NCBI GenBank assembly: GCA_029260855.1
Contig: JAJDCK010000004.1
Span: 18,312-82,311, forward strand
Source of the DNA: Candidatus Saccharimonadota bacterium
Lineage (GTDB): Bacteria > Patescibacteriota > Saccharimonadia > Saccharimonadales > OFTM59
Length of the DNA stretch: 64,000 bases
Reading direction: 5' to 3'
Shown one piece after another: positions 39,355-48,439 of the stretch (the stretch's first letter is position 1; each line of letters begins with the position of its first letter). A program made the translations under genes and the position numbers. Below the pieces are notes generated by a model. That model searched no databases and was not told the DNA's origin. It saw only the letters and a program-made list of their open reading frames with translations.

Positions 39355-40953
39355 ATGAGTTCTAATGCCCGGCTTGATGAAGAGACAAGCACACAGCGCC
39401 GTGCCCGAATATTGGGTCTAGACTATTATGACACTTCTGCTAACCAGAAGTTAATTTTTAAGAATCTTTTGAGCGTGCCCGAGATTACTGCTATGCGATC
39501 GATTCCTCTGGCTGTGGACCAGGGCAATATACTGTTCGGCGTAACCAACACCACATCGCAACAGAACATGGCTCATTTAAAACAGCGCTTTTTAGATCAA
39601 CGTGTGAATTTTTCCCTTATTTCTGAGGCGGGGTTTCGTGAATATATGCAGCTCTACAACCCACCCAAAGAAGTAGTGTACCAGGATATTACAATCAATA
39701 CCGCCGGTACAGACAAGCTGGTTCAGCAAGTATCGTTAACGCTCGAGCAGGTTAAAGCAGACGATATGCTGGCATATCTTGTCCAGCAAGCTCACCGTCT
39801 TGGTGCTTCTGACATACATATTGAAACCGGTAAAGAGAGCGTCCGCATTAGGCTTAGAATCGATGGCGTGCTGCACCATGTTGCACAGATTAGTAACGAA
39901 AAGTATCGCGTACTGATGGCGGTAATCGCAAGCGCCGGCAATGTATCAACTGCCGCCGACGATGCCCAGCAAGGCCACATAGCTCAAAAAGTTATTATGG
40001 CTGACGGCAAGGTTGTGGATGTAAATGTTCGCTTGGAGACAGTGCCCACCATAAACAGCATGGATGTTGTCATGCGTTTGTTTAACCTAGATCAAAACAT
40101 GTACGATCTTGATCGGCTTGGCTTATCGAAAGAAGAAAGAACGATAGTTGACAGTATTATTTCTCGCCCTAGCGGCCTGGTGCTTGCTGTAGGTCCTACA
40201 GGCTCAGGTAAGACCACTACGCTTTATTCAATGCTTAATTCGCTCAATACAACTGAACGAAAGATTATTACTATTGAGGACCCAGTTGAGTATCAGTTTG
40301 CTGGAATCACTCAAGTATCTGTGACATCAAAGAACAGTCAAGAAACTAACTTTGCCGATAGACTTAGGGCTATTTTGCGACTTGACCCAGACATTGTGAT
40401 GGTCGGAGAGATTCGCGATATGGACACAGCAAAAACTGCCCTGCAAGCTTCACTTACAGGGCACTTGGTCCTGTCTACATTCCATGCCAGTTCGGCGGCT
40501 GCTGCGCTGACTCGTTTGATGGATGTTATAGAGCAGAACCCCTTGTTTGTGTCTGCGATCAGGTTGGTTATGGCGCAGCGTTTAGTTAGGCGGCTCTCAG
40601 ACGATACTAAACAGCCATATCAACCAAGCCAAGAGGAGCTTCATCATATCCACGCGATACTTGATTCTCTTCCAAGCAACATACAAAAACCTGATCTTAG
40701 TAACTTACAGCTTTATAAGCCCGGGAGTTCAGAAGAAAACCCGTACGGCTATCGTGGACAGATTGCGCTACGCGAGCAATTTATTATGACTGGCGAAATT
40801 CGCCAATTACTTGAGCGTGGAGGGGTCGTGTCGGCCCAGCAAATTGAAGAAGCGGCAATTCAAAGTGGCATGCGCACCATCCTCCAAGACGGCATGCTCA
40901 AAGTTTGTTCTGGCGAAACAACCATAGAAGAAGTCTACCGAGTTATCGGCTAG
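39355..40953 (+). CDS. pilB: Type IV pilus / T2SS assembly ATPase (PilB/GspE family)
   Basis: ASDIHIE, GPTGSGKTT, TIEDPVE, GEIRD, TGHLVLSTFH; start 39346 or 39355. Confidence 0.88.
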   Translation: MSSNARLDEETSTQRRARILGLDYYDTSANQKLIFKNLLSVPEITAMRSIPLAVDQGNILFGVTNTTSQQNMAHLKQRFLDQRVNFSLISEAGFREYMQLYNPPKEVVYQDITINTAGTDKLVQQVSLTLEQVKADDMLAYLVQQAHRLGASDIHIETGKESVRIRLRIDGVLHHVAQISNEKYRVLMAVIASAGNVSTAADDAQQGHIAQKVIMADGKVVDVNVRLETVPTINSMDVVMRLFNLDQNMYDLDRLGLSKEERTIVDSIISRPSGLVLAVGPTGSGKTTTLYSMLNSLNTTERKIITIEDPVEYQFAGITQVSVTSKNSQETNFADRLRAILRLDPDIVMVGEIRDMDTAKTALQASLTGHLVLSTFHASSAAAALTRLMDVIEQNPLFVSAIRLVMAQRLVRRLSDDTKQPYQPSQEELHHIHAILDSLPSNIQKPDLSNLQLYKPGSSEENPYGYRGQIALREQFIMTGEIRQLLERGGVVSAQQIEEAAIQSGMRTILQDGMLKVCSGETTIEEVYRVIG

Positions 40954-42083
40954 AGGATAACCTTCGCGATTGAGGGAACTAGACGGTCGTCTAATACGCT
41001 CGGGACAATCAGCTCAGTGGTTGGATTCTCTACAAGGCTTGCTATGGCTTCGGCGGCTGCAATTTTATGCTCGTCTGTGATGGCTGTAATCCCATTATCT
41101 AAAGCGCCACGGAAAATTCCTGGAAAGGCTAGTGCATTATTGATTTGATTAGGAAAATCACTGCGTCCTGTGGCGACTATAAATGCTCCGGCAGCTTTTG
41201 CTTCATAAGGCATAATTTCTGGAGCGGGATTCGCCATGGCAAAAACAATAGGCCTATCTTGCATTGTTTGGATCATGTCTTTAGTAAGGATGCCAGCTTG
41301 CGAAACACCGATAAAAATATGTGCGTCACGTACAGCATCTTCAAGTGTCCCCTCAAGGCCATGAGCATTAAATCTTAGTAAATTCTTTTTTTCGGTATTT
41401 AGGTCTTGACGTGCTGGGCCAATAATCCCCTTACTGTCCACCATTACTATATCGGTGGCTCCGTACAGCTCAAGCAGTGAAGCTATAGCCGTTCCTGCGG
41501 CCCCTGAGCCAACAATCGTTATCCGACATTCGGATATATTATAACGATCCCGTAACTTTAGAGCATTTATAATGCCGGCTAACACTACGATGGCTGTGCC
41601 ATGTTGATCATCATGAAAAACCGGAATATTAAGTTCGGCTTTTAGCCGTTCTTCAACCTCAAAACAAATCGGTGCGGCAATATCTTCAAGATTTATCCCG
41701 CCGAAACTGGGTGCAATTGCCTTAACCGCAGCCACTATTTCATCTGCACGGTGCACGTCTAAAATAATCGGAACCGCATCAATATCAGCGAAATGTTTGA
41801 ACAGCATGCATTTGCCCTCCATTACGGGCATAGCGCCATACGGCCCAATGTTACCCAGGCCAAGTACTGCAGAACCATCAGAAATAACTGCCACACAATT
41901 GTTGAGCCAAGTATAATCTCGTGCATTGTCTGGATGTGATGCGACGAATCTTGAAACCGCAGCAACCCCAGGCGTGTAATAAAGACTTAGCTTGTCTTTG
42001 GTGTCGGGAATATCTTTGAGCTGAATAGAAAGCTTGCCCTTGAGCTCTTTGTGCTTTTTGAGCGCCCTGTCATCATAATCCAT
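40950..42083 (-). CDS. Malic enzyme (NAD(P)-dependent, short form)
   Basis: YTPGVA, GLGNIG, NLEDI, HDDQHGT, TGRSDFPNQ. Confidence 0.95.
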   Translation of the reverse strand: MDYDDRALKKHKELKGKLSIQLKDIPDTKDKLSLYYTPGVAAVSRFVASHPDNARDYTWLNNCVAVISDGSAVLGLGNIGPYGAMPVMEGKCMLFKHFADIDAVPIILDVHRADEIVAAVKAIAPSFGGINLEDIAAPICFEVEERLKAELNIPVFHDDQHGTAIVVLAGIINALKLRDRYNISECRITIVGSGAAGTAIASLLELYGATDIVMVDSKGIIGPARQDLNTEKKNLLRFNAHGLEGTLEDAVRDAHIFIGVSQAGILTKDMIQTMQDRPIVFAMANPAPEIMPYEAKAAGAFIVATGRSDFPNQINNALAFPGIFRGALDNGITAITDEHKIAAAEAIASLVENPTTELIVPSVLDDRLVPSIAKVIL

Positions 42084-42127
42084 TTAACTATTGTAACAGA
42101 GAAAGGAATAGTGTAGGATAGTTACTT

Positions 42128-42682
42128 ATGCAATCTCTCATTCAGAAAATTGAGGCAAAATACAAGAAGAGCCAAGTTGTCGATGTACAGTCTGGCGATA
42201 CTGTGAAGGTGCACCAAAAAATCCGTGAAGGCAATAAAGAGCGTGTTCAGATTTTTCAAGGCACTGTTATCCGTACCGACCGCAAAGGGAGCCATACTAG
42301 TCGTATTACTGTTCGCAGAATCGCTAGTGGTGTTGGTGTTGAAAAAAGTTTCCTCTTACACAGCCCCCTTATCCTGAAGGTTGAAGTTACTAAGCGCACA
42401 AAAGTCCGTCGAAATTATTTGACTTATATGCGTGAACGTACTGGAAAGTCAGCGCGCCTAGCAGGTGTTGATTTTGATCGTGAGGCAGTTAACACGATAC
42501 ATGATGCTAAGGCTGAAGCCGAAGAAGAAAAATTGAAAGAAGAAGTAGCAGTTGCCGCAGAGGCAGAAGCTGCTAAAAAAGCTGAAGAAGAAGCTAAGCT
42601 TGAGGCCAAAGCAGACGCTGCACTCGCAGCACATAATCCCGCGACCGAACAAACCGAACAAACCGAACAAAAATCTAAATAG
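42128..42682 (+). CDS. rplS: 50S ribosomal protein L19 with Ala/Glu-rich C-terminal extension
   Basis: GDTVKVH, RVQIFQG, TVRRIASGVGVEKSF. Confidence 0.97.
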   Translation: MQSLIQKIEAKYKKSQVVDVQSGDTVKVHQKIREGNKERVQIFQGTVIRTDRKGSHTSRITVRRIASGVGVEKSFLLHSPLILKVEVTKRTKVRRNYLTYMRERTGKSARLAGVDFDREAVNTIHDAKAEAEEEKLKEEVAVAAEAEAAKKAEEEAKLEAKADAALAAHNPATEQTEQTEQKSK

Positions 42683-42713
42683 TTACTTAGCGTAAAAAAG
42701 CTCTACCGAACAA
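42644..42713 (+). repeat. 9-bp repeat ACCGAACAA, three tandem copies plus a fourth
   Basis: Copies at 42644, 42653, 42662 and 42705. Confidence 0.9.
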
Positions 42714-43397
42714 TTAGGCCACTTCTTGTAAGCCTATTTGTAAAGCCGTTAGCTGCTTTCTGACTAGCTCTTGAACGTAAGGAGATTCTGGCGTTATTGG
42801 TTGCGTGTCAATAAGTTTTAGCTCAGAGCCCTGACCTGCTTTCACGCCAACAACAAGGTTTCTCACGCCATTAGTATCCGGTAAGCAGCTAGAACCCTCC
42901 GCAGCAGAGAATGATGCGTCCACGAACTCTTTTAAGGCGTCATCAATACCCGTGTGCGCGCGGCACAGCTGATCCAATGCGACAATATTGACATTAGGGT
43001 GACCCATAGTAAACAGTTCCAGACCTTGTAAAAATTCATAGTATGGTTGTCGCGTTTGAACGGCTTCTAGGCCGTCCCCTAGAGGGTGCCTGTCAACTGT
43101 AATAGTTTGTTCCAGCATAAAACTCCCTAAATGTAACTTTAACATAGCAAATTCATGAAGCTTCTTCTCAAGTACAAGTTGCTTTTGGTCCGGAGGCATG
43201 TTGATGCTTCTTCTGTGAACCTTGATTACCTCACTATCTTCCTGCTTCTTGTATACAGAAGATTCAACGCCAAAACCTAAATATTCTAAGCCATGGGGCG
43301 CAAGAACGGCTCGCCATGATACCGTGTGCCATTTTTGGATGTTCGGATGCGATATAATGAATTGCTTGAGCACCGGTACGTTTGATTGGGTTTGCAA
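42714..43397 (-). CDS. Hypothetical protein-kinase-like protein (paralog of 3453..4235)
   Basis: LGFGVESSVY, VIKVHRRS, LPDT..RN, LID; TTG start with AGGGG upstream. Confidence 0.6.
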   Translation of the reverse strand: MQTQSNVPVLKQFIISHPNIQKWHTVSWRAVLAPHGLEYLGFGVESSVYKKQEDSEVIKVHRRSINMPPDQKQLVLEKKLHEFAMLKLHLGSFMLEQTITVDRHPLGDGLEAVQTRQPYYEFLQGLELFTMGHPNVNIVALDQLCRAHTGIDDALKEFVDASFSAAEGSSCLPDTNGVRNLVVGVKAGQGSELKLIDTQPITPESPYVQELVRKQLTALQIGLQEVA

Positions 43398-43516
43398 TTT
43401 CCCCTATATGGCGCTGACGCTCAGCTTGCCAATTGTGGTTGAGAGTGCTGGCAAAACTAAACTCAAGCATACGTGCTACAGTTAACATGACTATATATTG
43501 TAACGGAAGATGCAAA

Positions 43517-44080
43517 ATGCAAGTAGTTGGAGTGGATGAGGTGGGTCGTGGTTGTTGGGCGGGACCACTGGTAGCTGCAGCCGTAATTCTTAAGAATCCG
43601 ATTAACGGGCTGAAAGATTCTAAGCTGCTTAGTAAAAAACAGCGAGAAAAACTTGCTGAGGATATATGGAGCATTGGCGACGTATCGCTCGGCTGGGTGC
43701 CTGCTGGAGCAGTTGATAACATTGGCCTTACTTCGGCTACTGGGCTTGCAATGCAACGAGCAATTGACGGCATAAAGTCAGACTACGACAAGATAATTAT
43801 TGACGGCAAATTAAATTTTCTCCCGGAGAATCCAAAATCAATAGCTATAATAAAAGCTGATATGAACGTCCAGTGTGTGAGTGCTGCAAGCATTGTCGCT
43901 AAAGTTGCAAGGGACCAGTACATGTGCAGTATGTCATTAACTTATCCTGAATATGGCTTTGATAAGCATGTGGGGTATGGCACGGCTCACCATCACTCTA
44001 TGCTTAAACTGTATGGTGTCTGTGACTTACATCGTCTATCGTACAAACCACTTAAAGATTTATTGGGAGCCAATGTCTAA
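43517..44080 (+). CDS. rnhB: Ribonuclease HII
   Basis: GVDEVGRG, DSK, AASIVAKV.RD, KHVGYGT; ATG at 43517. Confidence 0.96.
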   Translation: MQVVGVDEVGRGCWAGPLVAAAVILKNPINGLKDSKLLSKKQREKLAEDIWSIGDVSLGWVPAGAVDNIGLTSATGLAMQRAIDGIKSDYDKIIIDGKLNFLPENPKSIAIIKADMNVQCVSAASIVAKVARDQYMCSMSLTYPEYGFDKHVGYGTAHHHSMLKLYGVCDLHRLSYKPLKDLLGANV

Positions 44081-44405
44081 TTATTCAGCAGGTCATAACG
44101 CAGAAGTAACAGCTGCGGATTATCTTGAGCGTTTGGGCTTTAAGATTTTACAGCTCAACTGGAAGACGCGTTATTGCGAAATTGATATTGTAGCAGTGAA
44201 AAGTAAGGCCATTTATTTCGTAGAAGTTAAGTATCGAAACAATGATAAACAAGGCCATGGTTTGGACTACATTACGGTTGGTAAACTTCGTAGGATGACA
44301 TTTGCAGCTGAAATGTGGGTTAATACGAATCAATGGGATGGTGAGTACCAGTTAGCTGCAATAGGTATCGACGGTGACGACATAACATTTGTAGATGATA
44401 TATGA
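44073..44405 (+). CDS. yraN: YraN-family endonuclease-like protein
   Basis: G..AE, EIDIV, FVEVKYR; follows rnhB. Confidence 0.9.
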   Translation: MSNYSAGHNAEVTAADYLERLGFKILQLNWKTRYCEIDIVAVKSKAIYFVEVKYRNNDKQGHGLDYITVGKLRRMTFAAEMWVNTNQWDGEYQLAAIGIDGDDITFVDDI

Positions 44406-44409
44406 GCTA

Positions 44410-46989
44410 TTAGCTGGCGCGACTTTTTAAGTACCTTTGAACCAGCTCATTGTCGCGTTCTAGCCATTCAATACGCGTACTTAACTCTTCTATACCCATA
44501 ACGACATTACGGCCTAACGCAGGATGTGATTTGTACGGGCCAAAAAACTTAACATATTCATCTAAACGAATTCGTGTGTTTAAAGAGCTGGCGGCATAGC
44601 GCGGGAAAGAGTCGTACGACTTATCACCGCCAAAAGTTTTTTCAATCCACTGCCAATTGTCACGCATCCAGTTCCATGCTTGCTCCTGTGCGTGCCGATT
44701 GCGCATAAGGTACGCCAGCCAATGATCTACATCATGCAGACGTACTTTTTTGTTGTCCTTAAGCCTGGCCAGGAGTACTTTAATCTCTGCCTCAGTTTTA
44801 GTAGTTGTCAGTGCGGACATTATGTCTTGCTTGAGGTTTACATTGTTGGTGTTCTCTTCAATACCAAGTAAATAATCAAACGCTCCAGTGATTGTGTTGC
44901 GGATAGCGGCCGCAAATATTGTGCTTCGTAGCTCGGCAGGTACCTTGAAACTGTCATTCTTATAGATTTCAAAAAGCTCAATCGCATGGTCGGTGATTGC
45001 TTCATGCTCGGCATAAACACCAAGGCTTATTATGGTTGCCCGCAGCTTCGTATCTTGGACAAATTCTCCAGGGCGTTCCTGCCATCCTAGCCGCTGGAAC
45101 TGTGGCTCAACCAGTGTGCGGATAAGTCCTTTTATCTGATCTTCAACTGTCTGGGCTGAATCAATAAAGCGTCTTAGGTCGGCCAGGATAAGCGAGATGA
45201 TACCCCAAACAGGTTCACTGTCTTCGTTAAGATAATGCTCGAGTAACTGAAGGGTTGTGGCAAATGGCTGAATGCCTCCACGCGCAAGCATCGCACTGTC
45301 ACTTAAGAGCATAAGTCTTTCTGCTTCGCTCAGTTGTTGTGTGTCTATGAGGCTAGCGACTGCCTGGGCATGAACTGGCTCTTGATAATTCACTATGTAA
45401 TGTCCGACAGCACCCTTATTAAGACGGACGAAATCATCAGAAGCAACTGTTATTGTATTGCTCTGGCTGCTAAACAACGGCAGGACGTTTTCGTCGTCAC
45501 AAAGCGTGGGCACCGGCCACAGGCGCAAGCGATCTGCCTTTCTAGGGTCTAGCGTAAAGTGTGCCTGACTTATCCTCAGCTCATTTCCGGTCTGACCTAC
45601 GTTAACCACCGGGAACCCAGCACGGGTCAGCCACGGGTTCATGAATGCCTTGACGTCCTTGCCACTTGCCCTGCCGAGAGAGTCCCATAAATCATCACCG
45701 GTAGTATTTTTGTACGCATAGCGAGTGAAATAATTCTTTAATCCTGACTTAAATTCATTTTCATCTAAGTAATTCATCAGCATGTTAAGCAAGCGACTAC
45801 CCTTGGCGTAAACAATCGACGGATCAAATAATGTTGATATCTCATCCGGGTGATTAACTGCTGTCTTGACTGCTTGTACGCCGGCAATGGCATCACGTCG
45901 AAAAGCCGATAAGCCCTCGGAGCTTGTGAATGTATCCCAAACGCGCCAATCAGGATACAGCGAATCGGCGGCTACATACTCCATGACGTTAGCAAAACTT
46001 TCGTTTAGCCACAGATCGTCCCACCACTTCATTGTTACTAGGTTGCCGAACCACTGGTGAGATAATTCGTGCAAGCAGACCATCGCAGCTGTCTCGCGAT
46101 TGTTGTGTGACGCTGTTTTTGGGTCAATCAAGAGAATCGACTCACGGTATGTAATTAGCCCCCAGTTTTCCATTGCTCCAGCCGAGAAATCAGGTATGGC
46201 TATATTGTCACATTTTGGCAACGGGTAAGGCACTCCGTAGTATTCGTTAAAAAATTCAATGCCGTCTTTGATAACATTCAAGGCATAGTCCAGCGAAGCT
46301 AATGAGTGTGCTTTTGTAGACCAGGTCCTGACAAGTACCCCGTCCTTGGTTTTTGTCTCCCGGTGCTGTAGGTCGCCATAAACGAAAGCCAGGAGATATG
46401 TCGACATCAAGGGTGTGGTGTCAAATGCGGTTATGAGTCTATCACCTTTTTTTGATTGAGATTTTATGGGCATGTTGCCAATCACAGCCTTTCCTGATGG
46501 AGTAGCCAGCTTAAAGTCAAATGTCGCTTTCGCCTCAGGCTCGTCGATCCCAGGGAATGCTTCACGTGAATGATGGCTTTCAAATTGGGTGGATATAACA
46601 ATTTGGTTTTTGCCGCTAATCTGATAATTCGAGATATAAATGCCGTGCATAGCATCTTGGATTTTTCCATTAAAATTCATGCTAACCGAGTATGTACCTG
46701 GGTAAATCATTTCCGCTGCATGTAAACGGACCTCGTCATATGAACCATGATGATTGATGCGATCCAGAGTTATATCTTGATTCCCGTTTTTGCCAAGCTT
46801 GACTATGGAGGCCGATGTAATTGTCAGGCCGTGTTGATGAAATGATATTCGCTTGGACGGCGGGCCAACCTTTTTGCCGGTAATAACCACCTTGCCCGTA
46901 AACTTCATATCGTCAGGGCTTAAATCAAGCTCAAGTGTATAGTGGCTCGGTTGAAATTGTTTATAAAGTCGCGTAACACTATTTCCCAT
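44410..46989 (-). CDS. pepN: M1-family aminopeptidase N
   Basis: GAMENWG, HELSHQW, WLNE, ERAP1-like C-terminal domain. Confidence 0.95.
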   Translation of the reverse strand: MGNSVTRLYKQFQPSHYTLELDLSPDDMKFTGKVVITGKKVGPPSKRISFHQHGLTITSASIVKLGKNGNQDITLDRINHHGSYDEVRLHAAEMIYPGTYSVSMNFNGKIQDAMHGIYISNYQISGKNQIVISTQFESHHSREAFPGIDEPEAKATFDFKLATPSGKAVIGNMPIKSQSKKGDRLITAFDTTPLMSTYLLAFVYGDLQHRETKTKDGVLVRTWSTKAHSLASLDYALNVIKDGIEFFNEYYGVPYPLPKCDNIAIPDFSAGAMENWGLITYRESILLIDPKTASHNNRETAAMVCLHELSHQWFGNLVTMKWWDDLWLNESFANVMEYVAADSLYPDWRVWDTFTSSEGLSAFRRDAIAGVQAVKTAVNHPDEISTLFDPSIVYAKGSRLLNMLMNYLDENEFKSGLKNYFTRYAYKNTTGDDLWDSLGRASGKDVKAFMNPWLTRAGFPVVNVGQTGNELRISQAHFTLDPRKADRLRLWPVPTLCDDENVLPLFSSQSNTITVASDDFVRLNKGAVGHYIVNYQEPVHAQAVASLIDTQQLSEAERLMLLSDSAMLARGGIQPFATTLQLLEHYLNEDSEPVWGIISLILADLRRFIDSAQTVEDQIKGLIRTLVEPQFQRLGWQERPGEFVQDTKLRATIISLGVYAEHEAITDHAIELFEIYKNDSFKVPAELRSTIFAAAIRNTITGAFDYLLGIEENTNNVNLKQDIMSALTTTKTEAEIKVLLARLKDNKKVRLHDVDHWLAYLMRNRHAQEQAWNWMRDNWQWIEKTFGGDKSYDSFPRYAASSLNTRIRLDEYVKFFGPYKSHPALGRNVVMGIEELSTRIEWLERDNELVQRYLKSRAS

Positions 46990-47046
46990 AGCCCTCTATT
47001 GTAGCATTGACTCTGAGTAGCTAAGAATGTAAACTTATAAGGTAGT

Positions 47047-47071
47047 AGTCGGCCGGCAGGTCGGCTTTTTT
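47047..47071 (+). terminator. Terminator-like hairpin in the nusA leader
   Basis: AGTCGGCC-GGCA-GGTCGGCT stem followed by a T run, downstream of a TAAACT -10 box. Confidence 0.65.
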
Positions 47072-47101
47072 AATAGAGTTATTACTAGCAAGGAGACAGT
47101 T

Positions 47102-48265
47102 ATGGATTTAGACATGAAACAGCTCGCAGTTGCTATCAAGACAATTGCCGAGGAAAAGAACCTACCCGAGGAGTCGGTAAAGGAGGTTGTTGAGCAAGCC
47201 TTAGCAGCCGCATACAGACGCGACTACGGGGATCGCGAGCAAGAAGTTCGCGTAAGTATGAACCTTATTACGGGTGACTTAACAGCGTATATACCGAAAG
47301 AGGTTGTTCAGTCTGTGGAAGATCAGAGTTTTGAAATCAGCCTAAATGATGCCTCCGTCATGAAAAAAAACGTAAAAGTTGGTGACACTATCGAGGTAGA
47401 ACAGAAAATTGAAGACTTTGGACGCGTTGCTGCTCAGACTGCCAAACAAGTTATTCTACAAAGACTCAGAGAGGCTGAGCGAGAAATTATAATGAATGAG
47501 TACGAAGATAAAATAGGTACATTAATAAATGGCATCGTAGCGCGGGTTGAGGGCAATATTGTGCGTATTGACCTTGGCAAAGCACAGGGAATAATGCCTC
47601 GTAGTGAGCAAATACAAGGTGAAAGATACTTTCCTGGACAGCGACTTAAAGTTTTTCTCAAGGACGTAGAACGCGGGTTTCGCGGCCCACAGTTAGTAGT
47701 ATCACGCGGCAACTCACAATTTATTGAATGGCTCTTTCGTGCTGAGGTCCCTGAGATGGAAAGCGGAGCTGTCGAGATTAAGGGTCTTGCAAGAGAGGCC
47801 GGCGTGCGAACCAAACTGGCTGTTAATAGTACGGTTCAGGGAGTTGACCCTGTAGGTACTTTTGTTGGGGGTCATGGTACGCGAGTAAATGCAGTAATGA
47901 GCGAGACTGGTGAGCAGGAAAAGATCGATATAGTAGTCTGGAACGATGATCCAGCTACATATATCACCAGTGCACTAAGTCCGACACGCGTTTCAAAAGT
48001 AGAAATAGATGAAAAAAGTATGAAAGCAAGGGTAATAGTTCCCGAGGACCAGTTAAGTATAGCCATAGGTAAGGGTGGTCAAAATGTCCGTCTGGCTAGT
48101 AAGCTGACCGGCTACGAGATTGATATAGTAGGTGAATCTGATGCTGAGCCCGAGCCCGATAAGACGGAGGCCAAAACGGTTGTCCAAAAACTTAAGAAGA
48201 AGACTGAACTTGAGAGTTCGTTGCTAGAGGCAATCGAGCAACATGGCACCGATCATAAAGAATAG
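47102..48265 (+). CDS. nusA: Transcription termination factor NusA
   Basis: FGRVAAQTAKQ, S1 and KH domains, AIGKGGQNVRLA; AAGGAG SD. Confidence 0.97.
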   Translation: MDLDMKQLAVAIKTIAEEKNLPEESVKEVVEQALAAAYRRDYGDREQEVRVSMNLITGDLTAYIPKEVVQSVEDQSFEISLNDASVMKKNVKVGDTIEVEQKIEDFGRVAAQTAKQVILQRLREAEREIIMNEYEDKIGTLINGIVARVEGNIVRIDLGKAQGIMPRSEQIQGERYFPGQRLKVFLKDVERGFRGPQLVVSRGNSQFIEWLFRAEVPEMESGAVEIKGLAREAGVRTKLAVNSTVQGVDPVGTFVGGHGTRVNAVMSETGEQEKIDIVVWNDDPATYITSALSPTRVSKVEIDEKSMKARVIVPEDQLSIAIGKGGQNVRLASKLTGYEIDIVGESDAEPEPDKTEAKTVVQKLKKKTELESSLLEAIEQHGTDHKE

Positions 48266-48344
48266 GCTAACAGTCACTTAAACGACCGTGTCCGACTCAA
48301 CGAATACGCCAAAGCATTTTTGCTACAGAACGGATCCCAAATAA

Positions 48345-48371
48345 TTAGCACTCTTGACCTCGGAGTGCCAA
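48345..48371 (+). promoter_or_regulatory. CIRCE element (HrcA operator)
   Basis: TTAGCACTC-N9-GAGTGCCAA, one mismatch to consensus; TTGACC lies in the spacer. Confidence 0.9.
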
Positions 48372-48439
48372 GTGATATTATAGTGTTGGCGGTCGTTAAC
48401 ACCGCACAACTCTTCAATTAACGGGAGACATTCTGCTCA

